From Octopus sinensis (lineage: Eukaryota): a stretch of 64,000 nucleotides of DNA. Each line of letters starts with the position of its first letter. Within the stretch, counting starts at the first letter, position 1. Below, piece after piece: positions 23,735-36,936 of the stretch. The notes beneath the pieces were generated by a model. It ran no database searches and had not been told where the DNA came from. It was given only the letters and a program-made list of their open reading frames with translations. Position numbers and translations under genes: made by a program. The DNA is taken from NCBI RefSeq assembly GCF_006345805.1, contig NC_043022.1, positions 2,232,001-2,296,000 of the forward strand, given 5' to 3'.

Positions 23735-24662
23735 ATGTATATATAGATGGAGTATTATACACTAATGTAGAGTGTATATATATATATTATGTGTGATATA
23801 GTGTATATAATTATATAATGTATATAGTATTTATACATTGTATGGAGAATTATATACTACATATATAGTGTACGTATATATATATATATATATACACATA
23901 TATAATGTATATATAGATGGAGTATTATACACTAATGTAGAATGTGTATATATATTATGTATGGTGTAGTGTATATAATGTATATAGTATTTATACATTG
24001 TATGGAGAATTATATACTACATATATAATGTATATATAGATGGAGTATTATACACTAATGTAGAATGTGTATATATATTATGTATGGTGTAGTGTATATA
24101 ATGTATATAGTATTTATACATTGTATGGAGAATTATATACTACATATATAATGTATATATAGATGGAGTATTATACACTAATGTAGAATGTGTATATATA
24201 TTATGTGTGTAGTGTATATAATTATATAATGTATATAGTGTTTATACATTGTATGGAGAATTATATACTACATATATAATGTATATATAGATGGAGTATT
24301 ATACACTAATGTAGAATGTGTATATATATTATGTGTGTAGTGTATATAATTATATAATGTATATAGTGTTTATACATTGTATGGAGAATTATATACTACA
24401 TATATAATGTATATATAGATGGAGTATTATACACTAATGTAGAATGTGTATATATATTATGTGTGTAGTGTATATAATTATATAATGTATATAGTGTTTA
24501 TACATTGTATGGAGAATTATATACTACATATATAATGTATATATAGATGGAGTATTATACACTAATGTAGAATGTGTATATATATTATGTGTGTAGTGTA
24601 TATAATTATATAATGTATATAGTGTTTATACATTGTATGGAGAATTATATACTACATATATA
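23735..24662. repeat. 123/128-bp minisatellite, 7 copies
   Basis: gatggagtattatacactaatg at 23746, 23916, 24039, 24162, 24290, 24418, 24546. Confidence 0.92.
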
Positions 24663-25271
24663 GTGGTATACAAATGAGTATAGTGTACGTATATGTGTAT
24701 ATATATATATGCATGTACATACACATACAGAAAGTGTACTTTATACACTGTAGAGTGTATATGGTTCTTCTTGGTGAGTGTATTGTGTATATAGTATTTT
24801 ATACTCTGCATAGAGAATTATATATACTGTATATACTCTGTATATAGACAGTAATAAACACTTTTAGTGTATAATTTATAGGGTGTATATGTAGTTCTTT
24901 TTTGTATCTTAGTGTGTGGTGTATATAAATCATGTGAAGTGTACTTTATATACACCACGTAGTGTTATATAAATGCATAGGGTATATAATGGATATATAT
25001 GTATTGTACACTATATGTGCATTATACACTGTTGTATATAACCTTGTGGTGCTTATGTAAGTATATATGGCTCTTGTTTGTGTTGGTATGAGGTATATAT
25101 TAATGTGTATATAGTGTGTTAATGTAAATACTTAGAGGAAATTATCCACCATGTATAGTGTATAATTTATAAAGGATGCATAGTGTGTGTGTGTATATAT
25201 ATATATAGACTTGTGTGTCTGTGTATGTATATATATATATATATATAGATACTTGTGTGTGTGTATATATG

Positions 25272-25305
<34 letters not shown>

Positions 25306-26052
25306 CTTGTGTGTCTGTGTATGTATATATATATATATATATAGATAGATACTTGTGTGTGTATATATGTATATATAGACTTGTGTGTGTGTTATATTTC
25401 TATAATGTATTGTTTATTTTATATACCACATAGAGAGTTATATACCACATATAGAAGTATTTATTGTACAAATATGTGGAGCCTAGAAGAGAGAAAGAGA
25501 GTATTATACACCAGTATATGAGTTAAAGCGTGTATATACTATATAACAGCGTAAATAGGTACATAACGTAGAATTCGTCTGGTTCCTGTTTGCCTGCTAT
25601 ATATATATATATAGTATATTATATTTTATACATCCTACAGAAGAATTATATATTACATGTACTGTATATATACACATAGTGTATATTAAAGAGCATTATG
25701 CTCTGTAGTATATTATATACCGATGTGTGCAATTTAAGAAGTGTGTATAGTATAATATACTATGTATTGTGTACAATTTCTGGAGTATAATTATATGCAA
25801 AAGTGTATAGTAGTGTATATAATATAAAATATGGGTTTTGTTTATGCGTTAGTATGTGGTGTATACTATATATAATGCATCGTCTATTTTATACACTGTA
25901 TAGAGAAATTATATACCAATTATAGTGTATTTCCAATATGTGTAAATTATGTCTATATACATACACACACTGTGTTATACTGTGTACCGTTTTATATATA
26001 TATATATATACTACAGTATAACATGTATGAAATAAAAGTACATAACATACAC

Positions 26053-26084
<32 letters not shown>

Positions 26085-26683
26085 TATAGATAGATAGATC
26101 GTTTGTAAGGTGTTTGAATCTATTTTCTTCCTTCTGTTAATACTGCCGTCTGACTTTTGTGTGAAATCTCCCACCTTTTTCACTAAAACTACTCTAAATT
26201 AATATATTTCAACCGTATTTCAGTGACTGAAACAACATTAACTGAAACAGCAGACTCCCTAATAACGTCTGCTAACAGGGTTTCAAGGGGTCAGCTTTAT
26301 ATAAATATATATATATGTGTATGTGTGTGTGTGTGTGTTTGGGTCTGCGGGAAGAAACTAAACCCGTGTGTATATGTGTTGTGTATTTTGATTGTCTATG
26401 AAATTCACTATATGTTTATGTGCATTGAATGTGTGTATATGGTTTGTTTGTGTACTGAATGTTGGTATTGTGTTGTGTGAGTACATTCGTGTGTATTGTA
26501 CATAATATATATGATTCCATATATACAGATATATTTATTATAATACAAAAGGCATTAAATACATACACGATATGTATGTGTTTCTGTCTTTGTATATATG
26601 TGTGTTTCACCAATTTCCTCAAATTGCCTGTCCAACAAATATGGTCATACAGGGAGCCGTCCTATCGCCCGTTCATTTTAATA

Positions 26684-26714
<31 letters not shown>

Positions 26715-26975
26715 TTATATATATATATATATATATATATAGATAGATAGATACGTACATACACACATAAAAACGCGCGCGGACACGTAATGTGTGTGTG
26801 GTTTCCATGAGTATAATTAATAATTCAACGACCTTTATGCACGGATAGAAGTAGTTTTTTTATACATATATTTGTGTGTACATACGCATTGTTCATGTCT
26901 TCTAAATATAGCTGCATAGACAATTATATTCGCATATATACACTCATACACGTTTGCTTAATTCGTGTGTGTGCG

Positions 26976-27008
<33 letters not shown>

Positions 27009-27111
27009 ATCTTCTGAGCACATGTAGGGTATGTCCTTTCTATGAGGTAAATATCTCTTCTCTGATATATATATATATATTATATATATATATAATATAT
27101 ATATATATATA

Positions 27112-27492
27112 CTCTTTTACTTGTTTCAGTCATTTGACTGCGTCCATGCTGGAGCACCGCCTTTAGTCGGGCAATTAAACCCAAGGACTTGTTCTTTGTA
27201 AGCCCAGTACTTATTCGGTCTCTTTTGCCGAACCGCTAAGTTACGGGAACGTAAACACACCAGCATCGGTTGCCAAGCAATGCTAGGGGGACAAACACAT
27301 ACACACACATATATATATATACATATATACGACAGGCTTCTTTCAGTTTCCGTCTACCAAATCCACTCACAAGGCATTGGTCGGCCCGGGGCTATAGCAG
27401 AAGACACTTGCCCAAGATGCCATGCAGTGGGACTGAACCTGGAACCATGTGGTTGGTTAGCAAGCTACTTACCACACAGCCACTCCTGCGCC
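27112..27492 (-). mobile_element. SINE family A
   Basis: Reverse complement of family A. Other minus copies at ~10880-11215, 27875-28262, 36940-37392, 47325-47660, 49405-49770, 54850-55225, 63200-63495. Confidence 0.8.
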
Positions 27493-28070
27493 TATATATA
27501 TATATATATATATATCTTCCTGAGCACATGTAGGGTATGTCCTTTCTATGATGTAAATATCTCTTCTCTGATATATATATATATATGTGTGTGTGTAATA
27601 TACATACATGCATTCATTAAATCAGTAAGACCATATTTGTTCAGGTCAATGGCATTCTGCGCTCTCCACCACTTCAAGTTATTGGCCCTTCAGACTATGG
27701 AAACGGAGTCATTTATCATTGTTTAAAATTCTGCATAAGGAGAAGTGGGGGGTGGTGGTGGATGGAAGATGATTGGAAAGAATAGATAATTAGTGTGGCA
27801 AAAGCAAATATATATTTCTGGGACTTCTGCCTGTATATATATCCAGTAATAAATATATATATATATATATATATTTACTCTTTTACTTGTTTCAGTCATT
27901 TGACTGCGGCCATGCTGGAGCACTGCCTTTAGTCGAGCAAATCGACCCCGAGACTTATTCTTTGTAAGCCCAGTACTTATTCTACCGGTCTCTTTTGCCA
28001 AACCACTAAGTTACGGGGACGTAAACACACCAGCATCGGTTGTCAAGGAATGCTAGAGGGACAAACATAT

Positions 28071-28107
<37 letters not shown>

Positions 28108-28539
28108 CGACAGGCTTCTCTCAGACTCCGTCTACCAAATCCAATCACATGGCATTGGTCGGCCTGAGGCTATAGCAGAAGACACTTGCCCAAGATGCCA
28201 CGCAGTGGGACTGAACCCAGAACCATGTGGTTGGTAAGCAAGCTACTTACCACACAGCCACAGATATGTATATATCTGGATATGTTTATGATTTTATATA
28301 AAGGAGCACGTATGTGTGTCAGTTATATATAAAATACTCTATGAATGTATGTGAATTCTTGTAATGTAATATTTGTGTGTGAAATATATTTAATGTGCAT
28401 CTCTGGATATAATATGTTTGTCTATTTACAGATGTGTCAATCACATAAGATTGGCCATTGAAAAGGTGATTACACTGGTGCTCCAGCATGGCCCACAGCC
28501 TTAGAGCTGAAACTTATGAATGAATAAAGAATATATATG

Positions 28540-28561
<22 letters not shown>

Positions 28562-28581
<20 letters not shown>

Positions 28582-29708
28582 TACAGGGTGCGGTGAATAA
28601 ACTGTCGTCTAAATTACACAAAAATGAAAATGATACTGACATCTCATTTTAAAAGATATATTTACCAAAATTACAGAAAAAATATCTTGACATACTAAAG
28701 AGTAAATTTATTCAATAACATCGCCATTGGCTTCAACCATGTAAAAAGCACCTAGTCCACTCTGCTGAATGATTGGTGTTAGGGCATCCATCTGTAAAAA
28801 TCCTGCCAAAATAGTCACAGGAGTCTGGTGCAGGCCTCTGTCTGGCTGGCTCTTGTGAAATCATCCCATCCATGCTAGCATGGAAGGTGGCTGTTAGATG
28901 ATGATGATATATATATGTATATATATATGCATTCAAAATGTGACCGCGTGTGTACCGTTGGCGATTTTTTTTCCTCTGTCTTTCCTTCTCCTATGTTTCC
29001 GACACGACGAAGAGCTCCACTCGAAACGTTAAACCCTCCTTCTTTCCTTCTGAGCATCCAATAATACTATATTTGTTCCACGTCTTCGCGCTGTTGTTTT
29101 TTTTTGTGCTTTCTTGTTTGGATTAACTATATATATATATATATATTATATATACACACACACACACACACATACAGGGTGCGGTGAATAAACTGTCGTC
29201 TAAATACACAAAAATGAAAATGATACTGACATCTCATTTTAAAAGATATATTTACCAAAATTACAGAAAAAATATCTTGACATACTAAAGAGTAAATTTA
29301 TTCAATAACATCGCCATTGGCTTCAACCATGTAAAAAGCACCTAGTCCACTCTGCTGAATGATTGGTGTTAGGGCATCCATCTGTAAAAATCCTGCCAAA
29401 ATAGTCACAGGAGTCTGGTGCAGGCCTCTGTCTGGCTGGCTCTTGTGAAATCATCCCATCCATGCTAGCATGGAAGGTGGCTGTTAGATGATGATGATAT
29501 ATATATGTATATATATATGCATTCAAAATGTGACCGCGTGTGTACCGTTGGCGATTTTTTTTCCTCTGTCTTTCCTTCTCCTATGTTTCCGACGAAGAGC
29601 TCCACTCGAAACGTTAAACCCTCCTTCTTTCCTTCTGAGCATCCAATAATACTATATTTGTTCCACGTCTTCGCGCTGTTGTTTTTTTTTGTGCTTTCTT
29701 GTTTGGAT

Positions 29709-29740
<32 letters not shown>
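28562..29740. repeat. ~590-bp near-identical tandem duplication
   Basis: Units offset 590-591 bp. Outside microsatellites they differ by a 1-bp and a 5-bp indel. Confidence 0.9.
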
Positions 29741-29753
<13 letters not shown>

Positions 29754-31330
29754 TCACACACATCTAAGTGTATTGATATATGTGTGTGTGTGTGTGTGAA
29801 GAACAATAGAGATATTTGTTGGTATGCAGAGGTGTGTCAAAGAGATAACAGTAGGTATCTGTTATGTCATGCATGGATAGGCTGTGTGTGTGTTTGTGTA
29901 AATGAACAGGGTTGAAGTGCAATCGGGGTTATCACTGTGTGCTCTGTGTTGATAGAGGAGGTGGTGTTATCAGAAAAACAAAGCAATGAGATTTATCAAT
30001 CCTTGCTCAGTACCGTGTGTATTCGATGAAAATTCAATTGTTGCTCATAATAGAAACAAGGGACGGAAGATCTGTCCTGTAAAACAGCACCACAGATTAC
30101 AGAGTGTAGGTAGATGTGGCCATGAGAACCAAAGTGACATGGTATGGATTGGAGGGATTTGGTGCTGATTACATTAGACATCTAGAAAGATATTAATTGC
30201 TGTAGACATCTAGAAAGATATTAATTGCTGGTAGGGACATCGTGTGGGGTTTTGCAATCATAATATTCTACCAAATATATTAAATGTTTATAATCCAATA
30301 TTCTGTTCTAGTTTGTGTTAGTTGTGTGCTCTACAAAGATTTACTCATCACCAAGCTGCTTTTAGAACTACAAGCCACAGAGTTAACGAGTTTATGTACT
30401 TTGCCCCACCCCTTACCAGGTCTTCAATTGGATACGTTACCCATCTCATGCACATGCATACGGTCCCTGTCCACAAATGCACGCACACTCACTATTGTCT
30501 TGTTTATAGTACCCATACAGTAGCTCAGTACATTATCACTAACCCCCTCTACACCCAGAAGACAAACTACACTCACTCATACTAAAGGTAAAGGATAGAA
30601 ACCCCCTTTGGTCATGAATGACCGCCTAGAAAGTTCCCCTGCGAGACACAAGTCTGGGCAAGGTTGTTTATGGAAGACCAGTAGTTGCCCATGCATACCT
30701 ATTTCTTTATTACCCACAAGGGGCTAAACACAGAGGGAACAAACAAGGACAGATATAGGTATTAAGTCGATTACATCGACCCCAGTTCGTAACTGTGCAT
30801 ACCAGCGTCCCCTCTCCAAGAGAAAGACAAAGGCTGATATGGCTTGGCAACACATGAACTGGAGCAACTTGAAATGAAATGTCTTGCTCAAGAACACAAC
30901 ACAGCCCGGTCCGGGAATCAAACCCACTACCTTATGATTGTGAGCTTGATGCTCTAACCATTGAGCCAGGCGCCTTCACACTCACACATAACACAATCTC
31001 TACTCACATACAACATAATAGGTATTTCCCTTGTCTTGCTCTCACTCTTCAGCCTGAAAAAATACTTTATACTTTCCTCCATCTCCACTTGCATTTCGTT
31101 TTTCCTTCTTTAATGTTCCCAAGACAGGGCCACTGTCTGAAATGTTGAAATCTCTTCTGTTTCCTCATCAATCAATGTGTACCTCTTTGTACTCTTCACT
31201 ATTGTCTCCCCCCTTCCCAGTGATGACAAGCAGTGGAATTAAAAGTTTACAAGATGAAAGCTAAGCTAAATCATTATGTTACATACATAATTCTGTTTCA
31301 TGTATGTAGCGTAATTATTTAGCATAGCTT

Positions 31331-31442
31331 TCATCTCGAAGAATTCTGATACTTGTCAACGTGGTAACGTCTTCCTATCAACTTGTACGCTGCTCGAATT
31401 GAATACAAACTTTGCTGTCGCAGAGGCATCGTGTACTTGTAT
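31331..31442 (-). CDS. Candidate (terminal) coding exon, product unknown
   Basis: Acceptor tttcttatttccAG and CpG-rich non-repeat sequence. Frames end at TGA 31356 or 31331. Confidence 0.35.
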
Positions 31443-31787
31443 CTGGAAATAAGAAATTTCTGTCATCTCCAGACTAAATCAATATATTCTGGAATATATA
31501 AAACAAACTTTTGTACATGTATGTTTGTGTATACACGTGTGTGTATGCTTTGAGACAGTGGAGACATACAATCATATTCACAAATTTTTCACTTGTCACC
31601 ATTTCTTAACTTACACAGAATACACACATACTGCTATGAAATCATAGCCCTTAAATTTAATGGGAAGGAAACTTGTGGTATGTCAGTGTGATCAGTCAGC
31701 ATACTTACCATGAAAATATAAAAAAGTGTTGGTTCAGTTCTCACATGTACTAATACCCATTTTTTTTTTCCATTGATGGTTTATATA

Positions 31788-32112
31788 TCTCTCTATATAT
31801 AAAGCTGAAGTTGTCTGTGTATGGCAGGTTTGGTAGCCTTCAACTAACACTATCTCCTCCGAGACCCTGCGGCGCAACTTGACCATGTTAACACCAAAAA
31901 TTATTTACATCAAAAAGGTGCTTTTTTTCTTTGAAAATCCCTGTTTTTTACGATTATTTTACTGCTGTGTCGCCAATTTTCGGTGTATTTCAACCAGAAA
32001 AATGTTCACTTAAAGAGAATAACAAGCTACATCATGCAAAATTTTTACTTTTCAAAAATTCCAATTCTAAAGGGTCAAAACAAACCTGAGCAACGCCGGG
32101 CGATACTGCTAG
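31788..32112 (+). mobile_element. Non-autonomous Helitron
   Basis: A|TC 5' end (tctctctatatataaag), subterminal cctgagcaacgccggg hairpin, CTAG|T 3' end, no TSD. Confidence 0.75.
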
Positions 32113-32146
32113 TATACTCTAAAATTGGACTATTTTCTCTAGTTGA

Positions 32147-32196
<50 letters not shown>

Positions 32197-34118
32197 CATA
32201 CATACATACAGTAAAAGCTTGCAATCATATTTGCAAAATTTTCACTTGTTATTGTTTCTTAACTTACGCAGAATGTGTGTATGGATGATGTGATGCATCT
32301 AATGCAGTAGTGCTTGCAACCCTCTTGTTTGCAGCTTGTTGCTACTTGCTAGGCCATATGGGGATGTGAAAAGCACTCTGACTATGCTAGAAGCTTCTAG
32401 TCAGATCTTGACTCAACAACTGTACATAGAAATGGTCAGTAATGAACTGGGATTGAGTTGGAAATACTTCTAAGGTCCCTGTTCATTTCAGCTAATGAAG
32501 GACCTTGAAAAGTGACCTAAAAAAATTGTTCGTTTATTTTCTGAACAGGAAATATCACCAGTCATTATTATATTCCATAGATAATGGCCAACAGAAGACT
32601 AAACATAATACTACTCCAGCTTGTCGCAGGAATATACAGCCAGCATGAATGAACAACTCTCTTAGCCAATGAGATTTGGCTGTATAGAGGTTGCTGCACT
32701 AGGCTTTTGAGAGACAGTTCTCTTATTGAGCTTGGTGAAGGCTATACTGTCTTATGGAAGGGTCACTCCATGACAACACATCTCCAGTGTGGTATCAGGT
32801 TTGCTGTGAGGAACTGTATTCTGTCTAAACTGACTGAGACATTGGTTAACATTAGTGTCTAACATAGCTTTGTATTGATTGTTGCAGAAAGACAGTACAT
32901 CATCACATTACTGAGGCCCTCTGTGCCAGTTCTGCTATCTGTAGTCATGACAAAGACTGCTTCTACCAAAAATTGGATCCGACTGATTTCTCTTTGGAGT
33001 AAGGAGATATCATTCATTAATCAAAGAATCTGGGAATTACGGCGTTGGAAAAGCTAACGGTAATGGCAACAGTCTTCATTCTCTGTTTGTGGTGATTGGT
33101 CTCACCATTACTAATACCATCCTTCATCAGAACAGTAACCACAGAATCTGCTCATTGGTGCAAAGATGGGAGATGAGTGTTGGACTGAGCATCACAGGAT
33201 ATTAACAAAGGTCAATTTGTGAGTGTAACCCTTAAGGTTCAGTTGCTCCAAGGATGACAGCCCTAATATGTGTAAGGACTTCCACTTTGTAGCTCTCAAA
33301 CTAAAAGCTTTATGACTTCAGGAGCTTACACAGATGACGAATGGTCCTTCTTAAGTTCTCCGCTTCTCATGATGCTGCCAAAACAGTTTGATTCAAGAGG
33401 GAAGATATCTTCAAGGCTGGTTTGATAAAGACACCAACACAAATAACAGAATATGATACCCACAACTCCTAGCAATCTTTTACCACACCCTAAAACACAG
33501 TGGTAAATTGTAGATCTCAAGCCACCCTTTGTGCTTTGAAAAACAAATGGTATGTTGCAGGAACATCAAGGAATCTTGATGCATGCAGACATGCATCATA
33601 TGCACCAATTATTTTGGTGATTGGTTCCAATGATTATTTCATGGCACCAATCAGCAATTGCAGAGTGCTGTACAGAACATTTCAGCTAGATCCTAAACTG
33701 TCAAACACACTCATTATAGAGTAATTTTGTGAAATGTTCCTTATACACCACCTTAGTTTGGTACAGACCTTTCTTTAAGTTATTGCTGTCAAAACAGGAA
33801 TTCTGCAAGGTATAATGTTCCTGCAGAGATGCTGAAGAAGAATAGTTACCCCTGCAGAGAAGTAGATACCTCAGCATTAAAAGGATGTTATCATCTTTGC
33901 CATCTACAAAAATCTACTTGCTCCAGTTATAAGTCTATAGCATGCTTGTCCACTGCTGGTATGGTTCAATTAATTGCAGAAAACATTGCCACTGTGATAG
34001 TGCAATGGCCATAGAAGAAAGTAAGAGACAGCCAAGTCGATCTTCATTACATGGCAGTTTCAGGGGAAAAGCAGGGAGCAACATCTAACCCTGTTCATTA
34101 CATTTGTGGATCTTTTAA

Positions 34119-34339
34119 CCCTTTAGTGTTCGCATTATTCTCCCAAAATTAATCCTTTTTTATCCACATTGTTTTGAACTAATCATGCCTTATCTTGTAG
34201 CTTTGAGATTTTGATGAGGTAGCTGTTAATTTTTTAAACAATATTGTAGGGTTGGTGTGAGAGACCAGATGTGGCCAGTTTGAACATAAAACAGGCAGAA
34301 TACTTTTGGCTGGATATGGCCAGTTTAAATGCTAAAGGG
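34119..34339. mobile_element. piggyBac-like MITE inserted in LINE remnant
   Basis: TTAA TSD and CCCTTTAG terminal inverted repeats. Confidence 0.75.
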
Positions 34340-34520
34340 TTAAAGGTTTTTGACCCTACCAAAATTTGTGACTATTCTCCACCATTTCCAGTCAGGGATT
34401 TTGTCTGAAGTTGTTGTTTCAGAGCAGCAATCTGTACAAACAGGGGTTAGGCAAAGCTGCGTGCTGGCTCCTGTACTGTTTAATATCTTTTCCATGTGTG
34501 TAACCACTGTTTTATGCTTA
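34340..34520 (+). mobile_element. Degraded RTE LINE reverse-transcriptase remnant
   Basis: PKFVTILHHF...TGVRQSCVLAPVLFNIF resembles the RT GVxQGCVLAPxLFNIF motif. Flanking ~32300-35050 looks like further decayed LINE. Confidence 0.7.
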
Positions 34521-35350
34521 AGGATAGAAAGGAGGTAGGAATAATTATTAATTTCTGATTTCACAGGAACCTTTTCAACGTCTGAAGGCTGTGGGTTGCC
34601 ATGGAAGCTGATGCTGAACAAGATCATAGAATTATAGTATAATGTATACTGTACATTAGTAATGAACACTCTGAATGCTCTATGAGCCATCATCTTGTGC
34701 ACTCATTATACCTTATAACTAAAATGAACGTGACAGAGAATTTTAGAAAACTGTGGCCATCCATCAGTAACCCATTGGATTGTCTTGTTTCCTCTCCTCT
34801 GTCCTCTGTACAACGGCAACAATGTGTCACATTCTTTCCAATTCAGGCAGCTAGGTGGCAGCATTTCGAATGATTGGACATGGTACTTCAAGACAATTAT
34901 GTCATTTTCTTTGCCAAATACTCCGCCTGACATTCTGGGTTTTCCTGTACAGAGGCAACATATGAACCAGGTGCTGCCATGACAGTGAGTTCCCAAAGGC
35001 CTGAGCGTCTGGTGTCTTCAGATCTTTTCAGTTTTCTGATAGTGAAAAAGAGACAATACTTTGTTGAACCTCCATGATACAAACATCAGCTGAGTTGGCT
35101 TCAATTTGTACCCTATCTGATAGCATAAAAGTCACGTGGGCACATTAGATGCACCCTTATTTCAGCAGTGCATTATTCAAGAAAAGGTTTTAGTGCATTA
35201 AAGCTTATGGGAGGCCAAATTTTTTTTTTGAGGGGAAAAAGTGCGTCACTGTCGTATGCACAAAATCTTTTTGCTTCAATACTGGGCCATGGAAACAAAG
35301 TAGCAGTTAAAAAGACTAACCCTTCAAGATAACAAGACATCATCGCTTAC

Positions 35351-35360
35351 CTGCCACTCA
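35351..35360 (-). other. Candidate 10-nt microexon TGAGTGGCAG
   Basis: Long pyrimidine tract tttatttctcttttcttgcctctccacattttcaacAG and donor GTAAGC. Confidence 0.55.
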
Positions 35361-35705
35361 CTGTTGAAAATGTGGAGAGGCAAGAAAAGAGAAATAAATG
35401 GTCTCTGTTGACAGCCATTTGCATATTTTTTCTATGAATGAAGCTGCACTTAGAAAGATTTGGATGTGCAGTAATCAAAGGATCCACAGATGATGGTGTT
35501 GGGTAACGTTGGATTTGATCAACAGCCACGTGTGTATATGCACATTTGGTGATGGAGAAATATTACCAGGTGAAGGTTAGCAACAGAGACAGCATCCAGC
35601 TGTAGAAAATCTGTGTTAACAAAACGCTGTCCAATCCATGCAAGCATGGAAAAATGAATCTTAAGTTGATGATGTATGCATATGTATGTGTATATATATA
35701 TATAT

Positions 35706-35750
<45 letters not shown>

Positions 35751-35752
<2 letters not shown>

Positions 35753-35963
35753 AAATGTGACCTTGTGTGTACCGTTGGCGATTTTTTTTTTTCCTCTGTC
35801 TTCCCTTCTCTGGATCTTTCCTTCTCCTATGTTTCCGACGAAGAGCTCCGCTCGAAACGTTAAACCCTCCTTCTTCCCTTCCTTCCTGAGCGTCCAATAA
35901 TACTATATTTGTTCCACGTCCTCGCGTTGTTGTGTTTTTTTGTGCTTTCTTGTTTGGATTAAC
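35751..35963 (+). mobile_element. ~210-bp Penelope-like fragment carrying the minimal hammerhead
   Basis: The same sequence recurs at ~28935-29128 and ~29525-29712, each flanked by (TA)n. Confidence 0.55.
35831..35865 (+). ncRNA. Minimal (dimer-type) hammerhead motif, U4C core variant
   Basis: GUUU-CCGACGA-A-GAGC UCC GCUC-GAA-AC GU-U-AAAC, with palindromic AACGUU helix III. Confidence 0.55.
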
Positions 35964-35965
35964 TT

Positions 35966-35998
<33 letters not shown>

Positions 35999-36904
35999 GT
36001 AAATATAAATATATATATATAGGCGCAGGAGTGGCTGTGTGGTAAGTAGCCTGTCTACCAACCACATGGTTCCGGGTTCAGTCCCACTGCGTGGCACCTT
36101 GGGCAAATGTCTTCTACTATAGCCTCAGGCCGACCAAAGCCTTGTGAGTGGATTTGGTACACGGAAACTGAAAGAAGCCCGTCGTATATATGTATATATA
36201 TATATGTGTGTGTGTGTTTGTGTGTCTGTGTTTGTGTCCCCGTTACTTAGCGGTTCGGCAAAAGATACCGATAGAATAAGTACTGGGCTTACAATAGAAT
36301 AAGTTCCAGGATCGAGTTGCTCGATTAAAGGCAGTGCTCCAGCATGGCCGCAGTCAAATGACTGAAATAAGTAAAAGAGTAAAGAGTATATATGTGTGTG
36401 TGTGTGTGTGTAAATATACATACACACAGCAATCCATATGCAAATATTTGTATGTGTGCATATGCATATCCTTACATTGTTTTTATAGCAAATTTACAGC
36501 ACCCAAGGACATACAAACCTGTTTAAAAAGTTATCCCAGCCACATGGTTCCAAGTTCAATCCCACTGCATAACACCTTGGGCAAGTGTCTTCTATTATAG
36601 CCTCTGGCCAATCTAAACCTTGTGAGTAGGTTCGATAGACAGAAGCTCAAAGAAGCCTGTTATGTATGTGTGTGTATATAATCATCATCCTTATTGTTTA
36701 ATGTCTGCTTTCCATGCTAGCATGGGTTGGACGGTTTGACATGGAGCTAAGAGTTGTCCAGGCTCCAATTATCTGTTGTAGCATGGTTTCTGTGGCTGGA
36801 GGCCCTTCCTAATGCCAACCACTTAACAGATTGTCCTGGGTGTTTTTACATGCCACCAGTACAGATATGTTTACAGTGGTATGTAAAAAGCACCCAGCAC
36901 ACTT

Positions 36905-36936
<32 letters not shown>

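Noticed and set aside
27630-27745. Plus-strand exon candidate (VNGILRSPPLQVIGPSDYGNG)
   Set aside because: The acceptor is weak, there is no convincing donor, and no homology was recognised.
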